The translations under genes were made by a program, and so were the position numbers. Of a DNA stretch of 64,000 nt, positions 49,867 through 58,806 are shown piece after piece. Below the pieces are notes generated by a model. That model searched no databases and had not been told where the DNA came from. It saw only the letters and a program-made list of their open reading frames with translations. Source of the DNA: an uncultured Actinomycetes bacterium (GTDB lineage Bacteria > Actinomycetota > Thermoleophilia > RBG-16-64-13); the NCBI GenBank assembly GCA_963841735.1, contig CAWJDT010000004.1, positions 32,001 to 96,000 of the forward strand, written 5' to 3'. The stretch's first letter is position 1, and each line of letters begins with the position of its first letter.

Positions 49867-49894
49867 TCATCGCTGAGGGTCGCAAAAAAGTTAC
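49867..49894 (-). promoter_or_regulatory. Putative ECF (BldN-like) promoter overlapping the sigma stop codon
   Basis: GTAAC-N17-CGATGA versus the BldN-type CGTAAC-N16-CGTTGA. Confidence 0.55.
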
Positions 49895-50436
49895 TCTCTC
49901 TCGGGAAGGGCGTCCCTGAGGGCTGCAAGCGCCCTGCGCTGGAGTGCCTTGACAGCTCCCGCTCTTCTGTCGAGGACGCGCGCCGTTTGTTCCAGGGATA
50001 GGCCGCCGATCACCCGCAGGGCTACCACGGCGCGCTGATCATCAGTCAGACCTGAGAATGCCGCAAGCAGCTCGTCTCCGACGAGGCGGTCCAGAGCCTC
50101 CTGTTCGACGTCGCCGCCCAAGGGATCTCCTAGAAACTCGGATAGCGGGATCTGTGTTGCGCGTCTACCTGTGGCCCTCCAAGAGTCGACGAGGCGCCGG
50201 TGTGCAATGACAAAGACCCAGGATCTGAAGTTCGCTTCGTCGCCGTGGAAATTGCAGAGGTCTCGCGCGGCCTGAAGGAAGACTTCGGCGGCCAGGTCCT
50301 CCGGCTCGGCAGCGCCTCGGGTGGCGAAGTAGCCCTTCACTGGGCCGGCGAGATCGCGGTAGATCGCGGCCCACGCCGACTCCGCGCCACACTTGGCTGC
50401 GGCCAGGATCGTCTGGAAGTCGGGGCCCAATGACAT
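49891..50436 (-). CDS. ECF sigma factor (BldN-related)
   Basis: EDLAAEVF, FRSWVFVIAHRRLVD, LTDDQRAVVALRV..GLS...GAVKALQRRAL. Confidence 0.92.
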   Translation of the reverse strand: MSLGPDFQTILAAAKCGAESAWAAIYRDLAGPVKGYFATRGAAEPEDLAAEVFLQAARDLCNFHGDEANFRSWVFVIAHRRLVDSWRATGRRATQIPLSEFLGDPLGGDVEQEALDRLVGDELLAAFSGLTDDQRAVVALRVIGGLSLEQTARVLDRRAGAVKALQRRALAALRDALPERE

Positions 50437-50604
50437 ATACTTTAGTCAATACCACATCAAAGGGCCGCGTCACAACCACGTGGTTCTTGGGCGGTAAGGG
50501 CCAAGCAGGTTGCAATAGGGAGCGCGATGCTTTAAAGTCTGCTGACTTTTCTACGAGACATGTCGCTTATAATACGCGTGACACAGGCAGGGCTAGGTAT
50601 ACAC

Positions 50605-50949
50605 ATGGGTGCGATTGAGGAATTCGAGAAGGCGCAGTTGCGGGAAGACATTCCTGTCTTCAAATCCGGTGACACGTTGCGTGTGCACTTCAAGGTGGTA
50701 GAAGGCACCCGGGAGAGGATTCAGGTGTTCCAGGGCTTCTGCATCTGCAGGCAGGGAGAGGGGTCCAGGGAGACCTTCACTGTGCGCAAGCAGTCTTTCG
50801 GAGTAGGGGTAGAGCGGACTTTCCCGGTACATTCTCCGAAAATCGATAAGATCGAGGTTACCGCGGTGGGCGATGTGGCACGGGCCAAGCTCTACTACTT
50901 GCGGGAGAAGCTGGGCAAGAAGGCCCGGGTCAAAGAAAAGCGCGTCTGA
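50605..50949 (+). CDS. rplS: 50S ribosomal protein L19
   Basis: GDT..VH.KV.EG.RERIQ.F.G, GVGVER.FP..SP, AKLYYLR. TATAAT at 50568. Confidence 0.98.
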   Translation: MGAIEEFEKAQLREDIPVFKSGDTLRVHFKVVEGTRERIQVFQGFCICRQGEGSRETFTVRKQSFGVGVERTFPVHSPKIDKIEVTAVGDVARAKLYYLREKLGKKARVKEKRV

Positions 50950-50958
50950 GGCGGCGAT

Positions 50959-51567
50959 CTGCTGAGCGAACCGGATTCACCCCCTCTGGAGGAATGGAGG
51001 TCGGTCGAGCCAGGCGAGGTACCGTCTGTTCTGCCGGCTGACCGGAAGCACCGCCGAAAGTACAAATGGCTCATCGAGACGGTCGTTATCGTGGCGGCCG
51101 CTCTTGTTCTGGCCATCCTGATCCAGCAGTTTATCGTCAAGCCCTTCGCCATACCGTCACCGTCCATGGAGCCTACTCTGGTTCAGGGTGACAGGGTGTT
51201 GGTCAACCGGCTTAGCTATCACTTTCGCTCCCCGGAAAAGGGAGATGTCATCGTGTTTCACCCACCGGGCATTGAGGATTCCGAACCGTACATAAAGCGG
51301 GTGGTCGCCCTCGCGGGCGACACGGTTTCGGTGCATGACGGCCAACTGTGGGTGAACAGCGTGGCCCAAGAAGAGCCGTTCATCAAGGAGCGGCCTATCC
51401 TCGGGGACTTCGCCGAGGTGACCATCCCGGCAAGCTGTGTCTGGGTCATGGGCGATAACCGCAACAACAGCGGAGACAGCCGCAAGTTTGGGGCGGTTGG
51501 TATAGACAGGATCATCGGGGTCGCCTTCGTCATCTACTGGCCCCCCAGTCACTGGGGCGGTTTGTAG
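50959..51567 (+). CDS. lepB: Signal peptidase I, copy 2; probable CTG start
   Basis: SPSMEPTL, YIKR, GDNRNNSGDSR.FG. The basic KHRRKYKW segment and the beginning of the TM lie upstream of the first GTG (51091). Confidence 0.92.
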   Translation: MLSEPDSPPLEEWRSVEPGEVPSVLPADRKHRRKYKWLIETVVIVAAALVLAILIQQFIVKPFAIPSPSMEPTLVQGDRVLVNRLSYHFRSPEKGDVIVFHPPGIEDSEPYIKRVVALAGDTVSVHDGQLWVNSVAQEEPFIKERPILGDFAEVTIPASCVWVMGDNRNNSGDSRKFGAVGIDRIIGVAFVIYWPPSHWGGL

Positions 51568-51577
51568 GCGGCGCGGC

Positions 51578-52267
51578 ATGGCGACGGGACGGAGTAGGAC
51601 CCAAAGGCGCATCTCCGACCCCTTTCGGTTTGACCTCGCCCGACTGACGGGAGAGGGGGGTGGTGAAGCCACCGACGACCTGCGTCTCGCCGGCGCCGAC
51701 GAGGCGGGCCGTGGTTGTCTCGCCGGGCCCCTGGTGGCGGCAGCGGTGGTGCTTGACTACAACAGCGCTCCCTTCCCGGGATTGACCGGCATCACCGACT
51801 CGAAGTTGCTCTCTTCCGCGCAGCGAGAGGCGCTCTATCCCGGTATTCTCCAGGCGGCTGTTAGTGTGTCTTGGGCAGCTCGCTCGCCGTCTACGATCGA
51901 TCGGGTGGGGCTGCACCGCAGCAACCTCCTGGCTCTGTGCCGAGTGCTGGAGACATTGGAGGGCGGGTACGGCCTTGCTTTGGTGGACGGTTTCGATTTG
52001 AAACGGCCCGACCTGCGAGCCAGCGCCGTTGTCGGGGGCGACTACAAGAGCGCGGCCGTGGCCGCGGCTTCCGTGGTGGCGAAGGTCGTGCGCGACCGGC
52101 TCATGAGAGCTTTGGCCACCCTGCACCCGCAGTACGGTTTTGAGGAGCACTTCGGCTACGGCACGCGTCGCCATCGGGAGGCCCTGAAGCAGCTGGGCCC
52201 CTGCGTGTTACATCGCCGGAGCTTCCAAGGGGTGGTGACGACGCAAATGGAGCTATGGGACAGGTGA
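51578..52267 (+). CDS. rnhB: Ribonuclease HII
   Basis: GADEAGRGCLAGP, DSK, VDG, AAASVVAKV.RD, GYGT, HRRSF. Confidence 0.96.
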   Translation: MATGRSRTQRRISDPFRFDLARLTGEGGGEATDDLRLAGADEAGRGCLAGPLVAAAVVLDYNSAPFPGLTGITDSKLLSSAQREALYPGILQAAVSVSWAARSPSTIDRVGLHRSNLLALCRVLETLEGGYGLALVDGFDLKRPDLRASAVVGGDYKSAAVAAASVVAKVVRDRLMRALATLHPQYGFEEHFGYGTRRHREALKQLGPCVLHRRSFQGVVTTQMELWDR

Positions 52268-52385
52268 GCCCGAGCAGAGCCTGAGCCGCGCCCAAGCTGC
52301 GACCAAAGTCTGAGCGCCCGGCGCGATGATCTGCGTAGTGTGTTCGGGGTAAGCGACTGCTATCGCCACTCCAAAGGAGGGCACC

Positions 52386-52772
52386 CTGGACACCTACGCA
52401 CGCGCCAGTCTGGACCGGACCGCCAGAGGCCGAGCCGGAGAGCAGTTGGCCGCTTTCTTCCTCTCCGAGAGGGGATACCTGGTCCTGGCGCAGAACCAGC
52501 GCACTCCACTGGGAGAACTTGACCTCATCTGCAGGAGCCTCTCCGAGGTAGTGGTGGTGGAGGTGAAGTCTCGCTCCAGCGAGGAATACGGGGAGGCCCT
52601 AGAGGCGATCGGTCCGAGGAAGGCACGGCGCTTGAGGGCCGCCGCGGCTTGGTGGCTGGCCGATCAAGGCCTGTTCCCGTGCGCGGTGCGGTTTGATGCT
52701 GTGATCGTGGTCATGGACTGCCACGGCGGGCCATGCAGTTTGCATCACATGAGAAACATCCTGGAGACGTGA
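52386..52772 (+). CDS. YraN (UPF0102) family protein; probable CTG start
   Basis: RGRAGEQLAA.FL..RGY, GELDL, VEVKSR, RFD. Perfect SD AAGGAGG 5 nt before CTG 52386. Confidence 0.92.
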   Translation: MDTYARASLDRTARGRAGEQLAAFFLSERGYLVLAQNQRTPLGELDLICRSLSEVVVVEVKSRSSEEYGEALEAIGPRKARRLRAAAAWWLADQGLFPCAVRFDAVIVVMDCHGGPCSLHHMRNILET

Positions 52773-52780
52773 AAGCGGCC

Positions 52781-54322
52781 ATGGGTTTCGCGTCGGTCTG
52801 GGGTTTCGCGGTCGTTGGTATCGAGGCGTTGCCCGTGCGGGTGGAGGCGCATGCGAGAAGCGGACTACCCGGAGTGACCATCGTCGGGTTGCCTGGTGCG
52901 GCAGTACGTGAGGCCAGGGAGCGCATCCGCTCCGGGGCGGCTTCGAGTGACTTGGCTCTCCCCACCAGGCGCATCACCATCAACCTCAGCCCGGGGGACG
53001 TTCCCAAAGAGGGACCGGGGTTCGATCTGCCGGTTGCGCTGGCCACTCTTGCCGCCTGCGGTCATCTGCCGGTCGACTGTCTGCGGGACATCGGTGCAGT
53101 TGGCGAAGTGTCCTTGGAGGGAGCGGTGCGTGCCACCCGGGGTGTGCTGTCCGTGGCTGAGGCGGCTAGCGCCCTAGGGGTGGATCTGCTGATCACCCCC
53201 ATCGAGGGGCTGGCGGCGGCCGCTGAGGTCAGTGACGTGCCCGTGGCGGGAGTGCGTTGTCTGAGCGAGGCGGTCATGGTGGTGAGGGACCTCCGTCGTC
53301 GGGCTCGGGTGATCGAACGGGGAAGGCGCTGGGTAAGGGGCCATGCTGGGGCTGAGGGCGGGGGCGAAGACGAGGCAGACCTCTCCGACGTTGTTGGCCA
53401 CCATCAGGCCAAGCGGGCCCTGGAGATAGTTGCGGCCGGCCGGCATCACCTGTTGATGGTCGGAGCTCCCGGGGTGGGAAAGACCATGTTGGCCCGCAGA
53501 CTGGCCGGCATACTGCCGCCGCTCAGCCGAGAAGAGGCTATCGAGGTGACCAGGATCTGGAGTGCGTCTGGTCTGCGCGATCCGAGGGCCGGGCTAGCAA
53601 GGGCGAGGCCCTTCCGAGCCCCGCACCACACCGCGTCGAGGGCTGCGGTGGTGGGCGGCGGTTCAACTCTGCGGCCGGGGGAGGTCAGCCTCGCCCATCG
53701 GGGTGTGCTTTTTCTGGATGAGCTTCCGGAGTTTTCCCGCGACGTGTTGGAGTCACTCAGGCAGCCGCTAGAGGAGGGTTGTCTGGTGATCTCGCGCCGA
53801 GCCGGGTCCTGCACGCTTCCAGCTCAGTGCACCCTGGTGGCAGCCATGAATCCATGTCCGTGCGGCTATTTGGGACACCCACAGAAGGCCTGCAGATGTA
53901 CGGGTGCTGCCGTCGCTCGCTATCGGTCTCGTCTAAGTGGCCCGCTACTTGACCGCCTTGACGTGCTGATGGAAGTACCACCTCTGACAGTGACACAACT
54001 CGACCAGACCGGCAGGTCGGAATCATCGGCCGCGGTGCGACAGAGAGTGAAGGCGGCCCGCGAGTTCGGTTGGGAGCGGGCTCGCTTTGAGACAGGCCAG
54101 CCGGGGCAGGCATTCGAGGACCGATATCGGCTGACCCCCGACGCGCGCCGTCTGCTGAGAAGGGCGTTCGTGCAGGAGTGCCTCAGCGGACGGGCGTTTG
54201 CGCGCATAGCCTGTGTGGCTCGTACCATCGCCGATCTGGACCAAGCGCACGCAGTGGCAGCCGACCATGTCGCCGAGGCCCTCGCCTTCCGCCTTGATTA
54301 CAGGAGGATCGGTTTCTCATGA
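52781..54322 (+). CDS. comM: ComM/YifB Mg-chelatase-like AAA+ ATPase
   Basis: IVGLP..AVRE.RER, FDLP.A, G.PG.GKTM, PFRAPHH, LFLDELPEF, AMNPCPCG, ARTIADL. Confidence 0.94.
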   Translation: MGFASVWGFAVVGIEALPVRVEAHARSGLPGVTIVGLPGAAVREARERIRSGAASSDLALPTRRITINLSPGDVPKEGPGFDLPVALATLAACGHLPVDCLRDIGAVGEVSLEGAVRATRGVLSVAEAASALGVDLLITPIEGLAAAAEVSDVPVAGVRCLSEAVMVVRDLRRRARVIERGRRWVRGHAGAEGGGEDEADLSDVVGHHQAKRALEIVAAGRHHLLMVGAPGVGKTMLARRLAGILPPLSREEAIEVTRIWSASGLRDPRAGLARARPFRAPHHTASRAAVVGGGSTLRPGEVSLAHRGVLFLDELPEFSRDVLESLRQPLEEGCLVISRRAGSCTLPAQCTLVAAMNPCPCGYLGHPQKACRCTGAAVARYRSRLSGPLLDRLDVLMEVPPLTVTQLDQTGRSESSAAVRQRVKAAREFGWERARFETGQPGQAFEDRYRLTPDARRLLRRAFVQECLSGRAFARIACVARTIADLDQAHAVAADHVAEALAFRLDYRRIGFS

Positions 54323-55485
54323 CCGTGCCCGGGGGCACGTCGCGGCGAGCGTACGAGGCTGCTCTGGGGTTGGCCTGGCTGGGGACGTCCAAGGGCCACT
54401 CGGCCCTTAGGGCCCTGACTCGCTTAGGTGTGGAGGGTTTGTGGTGGGCGTCGCGGAAGGCCCTCTTGGAGATGGAAGTGGCGCTTCCCGTGGTGGCCGC
54501 CCTGGAGGAGGCGAGGCGGCACTTCGATGTTGCCGAGGCCGATGCGCTGATCACTCTTGCGGGCTTGCGCTTTGTGCCCTTCGGGGCTACCGGATACCCT
54601 CCGGAATTGGGGCACCTGGCTCTGCCTCCGGCTGGGCTATTCGTGAGGGGTGACTATGACGCTCTGAGTCGCCTGGCGGGGATCCCACGTGTAACGGTGG
54701 TTGGCACCCGCAAGGCCTCCGCTGAGGGACTAAGGACTACTGAGGCTTTCACGTCTGCTTTCTGTAGCCAGGGAGTAGCGGTGATAAGCGGCATGGCTCT
54801 TGGGGTGGATGGGCGAGCCCACCAAACCGCATTGGAGAGGGGGATGCTCACCGCCGCGGTGCTCGGGTGTGGGGCAGATGTCGCATATCCACCGAGGCAC
54901 CGATGGCTCTACGAGAAGATCGCCAAGAGGGGAGTGGTTATCAGCGAGTTGCCGCCAGGGACTCCTCCAGCTCGGTGGACCTTTCCGCATCGCAATCGGC
55001 TGCTGGCTGCCTTAGGCGACGCTGTTGTCGTGATCGAGGGTTCGTTGACGAGCGGCGCCATGCAAACGGCCAACTGGGCGTTAGATCTGGGACGGCCAGT
55101 GTTCTCTGTCCCCGGATCCATTTATGCGGAAGGGTACCAGGGCTGCAACATTCTCTTGAGGGACGGGGCATCTCCGGCTTTGCGGCCCGACCTCACTGTG
55201 GAGGATTTTCTTGCACAAACAAGAATCGACAGAGGAGAGCGACGGGGAAGCGAGCTGCATCCGTCCGCCGGAGCTGAGCTTTGCTCCCACGGAGGTCCGG
55301 GAATCGCAGGCGGTACTCGTGAGGCCGGCGTACTCGAGGCTCTTGCCAATGGTCAAGCTTCGCTGGACAGCCTGATGGCGCAGACGGGACTGTCGGTGCG
55401 GGAGCTGAGCGCGGTAGTTGCCGAGTTGGAGTTGGCCGCCCTTGTGGAGAGGGGCGGACCGGGCATGTACATCCGAGCACCTTGA
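54319..55485 (+). CDS. dprA: DNA-processing protein
   Basis: VVGTR, SGMALGVD..AH, FP.RNR, SGAM.TA, VPGSI; C-terminal winged helix. Confidence 0.94.
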   Translation: MTVPGGTSRRAYEAALGLAWLGTSKGHSALRALTRLGVEGLWWASRKALLEMEVALPVVAALEEARRHFDVAEADALITLAGLRFVPFGATGYPPELGHLALPPAGLFVRGDYDALSRLAGIPRVTVVGTRKASAEGLRTTEAFTSAFCSQGVAVISGMALGVDGRAHQTALERGMLTAAVLGCGADVAYPPRHRWLYEKIAKRGVVISELPPGTPPARWTFPHRNRLLAALGDAVVVIEGSLTSGAMQTANWALDLGRPVFSVPGSIYAEGYQGCNILLRDGASPALRPDLTVEDFLAQTRIDRGERRGSELHPSAGAELCSHGGPGIAGGTREAGVLEALANGQASLDSLMAQTGLSVRELSAVVAELELAALVERGGPGMYIRAP

Positions 55486-55512
55486 TGAGCGAGGAGGCGG
55501 TTCGAAAGGACC

Positions 55513-56529
55513 ATGCAGTCTGCTTTCGAAATGGAATCGCCTTCCGCAGACGCGGCGCTTGACCAAGCGATTGGGAAATTCGTTCGGGGTCTCATCGCCG
55601 CCGACTATAGTCCTCGCACCATCGAAGCCTCGCTCAGCGACCTTCATCAGTTTGTCGCGTTTCTTGGGCAGCGCGGCTTTGAGCGCTGGGAACAAGTCAC
55701 GCGGGCGGGCGTTTCGGAGTTCGCGGCCGCGCTAGGAGACCCCGAGGGGCTGCCCGTCATGGCGACGCCGCATGCAAGCGGAGACGGGCTCGCCGACCAG
55801 GATTCCGTCGAGAGTGCGCGAAGCCGCCCCTACGCTAGGAGTACCGTCGCTCGCAAGCTCTCCGTAGTGCGGACCTTCCTGCGCTTCTGTGAGGACAACG
55901 GGATCGTCGAGACCAGCCCGGCGGTGGGAGTGTCAACCCCCAAGTTGTCGCGACGGCTCCCGCAGGTGCTTAGCGCTGAGCAGATGGCAGGCCTTCTTGA
56001 GGCAATGGACGGGGGAAAACCGCTGGAGCTGCGCGATAAGGCGCTTTTTGAGTTGATATACTCCTCTGGATTGCGCTGTCAGGAAGCGTTGGACCTGAGA
56101 CTAAGGGACGTCAGCTTTGATTCTTGCGAAATCCGGGCGAAAGGCAAGGGGCGCAAGGTGCGCGTCGTCCCAGCGGGGGAGGTCGCGCTGAAGGCCCTGG
56201 AACACTATCTGCGAGACGGCCGGAGCCGTTTAGTCGGCACTGATGCGCAGGAGGACCGGCTCTTCGTCAGCCGGACCGGGCGACCACTCTCGTCTTCGGA
56301 CGTCCAGAGACGCTTGGGTCGCTACCTGGCCCTGGCTGGTGCGCCCATAGGGACTTCACCCCACACTCTGCGGCATTCGTTCGCTACCCACCTTTTGGAA
56401 GGCGGCGCGGACCTTAGGGTGATTCAGGAGCTGCTGGGGCACTCGTCGTTGCGGACTACTCAAGTCTACGCACACGTTTCGGCTGCGCATCTGCGCAGAA
56501 CCTACCGACGCGCCCATCCGCGAGCGTAG
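55513..56529 (+). CDS. xerC: Chromosomal tyrosine recombinase XerC/D
   Basis: RD.A.FELIYSSGLR, GKG.K.R, PHTLRHSFATHLL, LLGH..L.TTQ.Y. Confidence 0.88.
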   Translation: MQSAFEMESPSADAALDQAIGKFVRGLIAADYSPRTIEASLSDLHQFVAFLGQRGFERWEQVTRAGVSEFAAALGDPEGLPVMATPHASGDGLADQDSVESARSRPYARSTVARKLSVVRTFLRFCEDNGIVETSPAVGVSTPKLSRRLPQVLSAEQMAGLLEAMDGGKPLELRDKALFELIYSSGLRCQEALDLRLRDVSFDSCEIRAKGKGRKVRVVPAGEVALKALEHYLRDGRSRLVGTDAQEDRLFVSRTGRPLSSSDVQRRLGRYLALAGAPIGTSPHTLRHSFATHLLEGGADLRVIQELLGHSSLRTTQVYAHVSAAHLRRTYRRAHPRA

Positions 56530-56537
56530 GGGCCGAT

Positions 56538-57338
56538 ATGGGTGCCGACACTGTTAGGGAAAGCGATCTCGCTGAGACCTGGCGACTATTCAAGGACCAC
56601 AAGGACTCCCGGGCGAGAGACAAGCTCATCTTGGCCTACTCGCCGCTCGTCAAGTACGTCGCTGGGCGGATGAGCAGTGGGCTTCCGGCGCACATAGAAG
56701 AAGAGGACCTAGTGTCCTACGGATTGTTGGGCCTTATCGGGGCGCTGGAACGTTTTGATCTCACTCGGAACATCAAGTTCGAAACGTACGCGGTGACGCG
56801 CATCAAGGGAGCCATCATCGATGAGCTGCGGGCGCTCGACTGGGTGCCGCGTTCTGTCCGCAGCTGGGCTCGCAAGGTGGAGGCCGCGGTGACCCAGCTG
56901 GAGAATCGTCTTACCCGCGCTCCTACCGACGAGGAGACGGCCGAGAAACTGGGCATAAGGGTGGACGAATATCTAAGTATTCTCAATCAGATCAGCTGCG
57001 CGTCGATTGTGGCGTTGGACGAGTTCTGGGACTCATCGGGCCCGGGTCAGGACAAGATCAACCTCATCGACACTATCGAAGATTCGGACGCTCCCGATCC
57101 CTCGCGGGCCTATCGCGTCCAGGTGATCAAGGAGACTCTCGCTGGGGCGATCGAAAGGCTGCCGGAGCGGGAGCGCATAGTCATTGGTCTCTACTACTAT
57201 GAGGGCTTGACCCTGAAGGAAATCGGCGAGGTATTGGGTGTTACCGAGTCAAGGGTCTCGCAACTCCACACCAAAGCCGTCCTGCGCATGCGAGGCCGTA
57301 TCAAAGAGGATTTGGATCTGGAGGCTCTTGCGATTTAG
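56538..57338 (+). CDS. whiG: FliA/WhiG family sigma factor
   Basis: DLVSYG..GL, KFETYA..RI.GAIIDELRALDWVPRS, LGVTESRVSQLH. Confidence 0.88.
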   Translation: MGADTVRESDLAETWRLFKDHKDSRARDKLILAYSPLVKYVAGRMSSGLPAHIEEEDLVSYGLLGLIGALERFDLTRNIKFETYAVTRIKGAIIDELRALDWVPRSVRSWARKVEAAVTQLENRLTRAPTDEETAEKLGIRVDEYLSILNQISCASIVALDEFWDSSGPGQDKINLIDTIEDSDAPDPSRAYRVQVIKETLAGAIERLPERERIVIGLYYYEGLTLKEIGEVLGVTESRVSQLHTKAVLRMRGRIKEDLDLEALAI

Positions 57339-57546
57339 CCTGGTTGGGGACAGCCCGGCGGGACGGCGTGCGGGTGGGTCTCGGGCGGGGATCTTAGCGG
57401 TCGTTGCAGCGGAAACGGCGCTTTCTTGTGGTAAACTCCGGCGGCAACTAAATCTAACCTGAGGCGCACCATGTCGGTGGTGCCGGGTGACCGGTTCCGA
57501 CGCGGCCCTCAGAGGCTCAGTGCAACAAAACCATAGTGAGGTACTC

Positions 57547-58716
57547 ATGCCCGCAGCTTCAATGAAGCAGCTCCTGGAATCAGGAGTCCATTTCGGTCAC
57601 CAGACCCGCCGGTGGAACCCCAAGATGAAGCCCTATATCTTCACGGAACGGGGCGGCATCCACATTATCGACCTTCAGCAGACCACGCTCATGCTTGATC
57701 GTGCGTACGACTTCGTCCGCAACATAGCGAGTAGGGGCGGGAGCGTATTGTTCGTGGGCACCAAGAAGCAGTGCCAAGACGTGATCAGCGAGGAAGCCGG
57801 CCGCGTGGGGATGCCTTACGTGTCTCATCGTTGGCTGGGTGGCTTGCTCACAAACTTCGCAACCATCGACAATCGAATCAAACGCATGCATGAGCTGCGG
57901 AAGCTGAAGGAAGAGGGGCAATTGGGCCTTCTTCCCACTAAAGAGCGCATGGCCATGGAACGGGAACTGGAGAAGCTCGAGATCAATCTGGGCGGGGTCA
58001 GCATCATGACTCGTCTCCCGGACGCCGTGTTCGTGGCGGATCCCAAGCGGGAGGCGATTGCGACCAAAGAGGTCCTCAAGCTCGGATTGCCGCTTATCGG
58101 GTTGTGCGACACGAACTGCGACCCCGACGACATTGAGTACCTGATACCCGGCAATGACGATGCTATCCGGTCTTGCGGCCTGATTGTGAAGACTCTTGCT
58201 CGGGCTGTCGAAGAAGGTCGGGCGAAGATCCAGGTGGCTGATTTCTTGGCCTCCGAAGCCCGTGGAGGCGAGCCGGCCCAGCAGGGCGACGCCGGCGGCG
58301 CGCGGCCGGTACGTGGTGCCCGCCCAGGTGGCGCCCCCGGCGACGATCGGTCGCGCGGAGCTCGTCGGCCAGGCGGCGATGGCCGCTCCGGCCCGGGCGG
58401 GCGTCCGGGTGCTGGGAGCAGCTACGGTAGTGGAGGGAGCCGGACGGCGAGGCCAGAGAGCGGAGCGGCTCGTCCAGCGCCGGCAAGGCGTATGCCGCAA
58501 GCCCCAGCCGGGGCGGCGGGGGTCGTCAAGCCTAAAGCAGAAAAAGTGGCTGAGCCCGAAGCGATTGCGACGGAAGCTGTGACGGACGTGGCAGAAGTTT
58601 TGACCGGCGCCGAGGCGCTGGTGGTCGAAGCTCCGGCGGTTGAGATCACGCCAGGGGTTGCCGAGACCGAGGCGCCGAAGGCAGAGGCCGCAGGCGAGGG
58701 TGACGCGAAAGCGTGA
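57547..58716 (+). CDS. rpsB: 30S ribosomal protein S2 with a long low-complexity C-terminal tail
   Basis: LLESGVHFGHQTRRWNPKM, RWLGG.LTN, DTNCDP, PGNDDAIRS. Confidence 0.98.
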   Translation: MPAASMKQLLESGVHFGHQTRRWNPKMKPYIFTERGGIHIIDLQQTTLMLDRAYDFVRNIASRGGSVLFVGTKKQCQDVISEEAGRVGMPYVSHRWLGGLLTNFATIDNRIKRMHELRKLKEEGQLGLLPTKERMAMERELEKLEINLGGVSIMTRLPDAVFVADPKREAIATKEVLKLGLPLIGLCDTNCDPDDIEYLIPGNDDAIRSCGLIVKTLARAVEEGRAKIQVADFLASEARGGEPAQQGDAGGARPVRGARPGGAPGDDRSRGARRPGGDGRSGPGGRPGAGSSYGSGGSRTARPESGAARPAPARRMPQAPAGAAGVVKPKAEKVAEPEAIATEAVTDVAEVLTGAEALVVEAPAVEITPGVAETEAPKAEAAGEGDAKA

Positions 58717-58806
58717 TTTGCCCTTGGGGCTGCGCCGTCGGATGTGCGGCCGAGTGCACTGCTCAGAGTGATTGCAGGTTGAATATTGTCTCGACGGAGG
58801 CTACCG

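Noticed and set aside
47274-51567. Two lepB copies as direct repeats flanking a mobile insertion
   Set aside because: The copies are clearly diverged, rplS lies between them, and no recombinase or target-site duplication is visible.
52330-52350. LexA box before yraN-comM-dprA
   Set aside because: Only one half-site (GTTCG) matches.
55513-56529. Integrase marking a prophage or island
   Set aside because: Xer-type motifs in the conserved dprA-xer-whiG-rpsB context; no att repeats or cargo genes.
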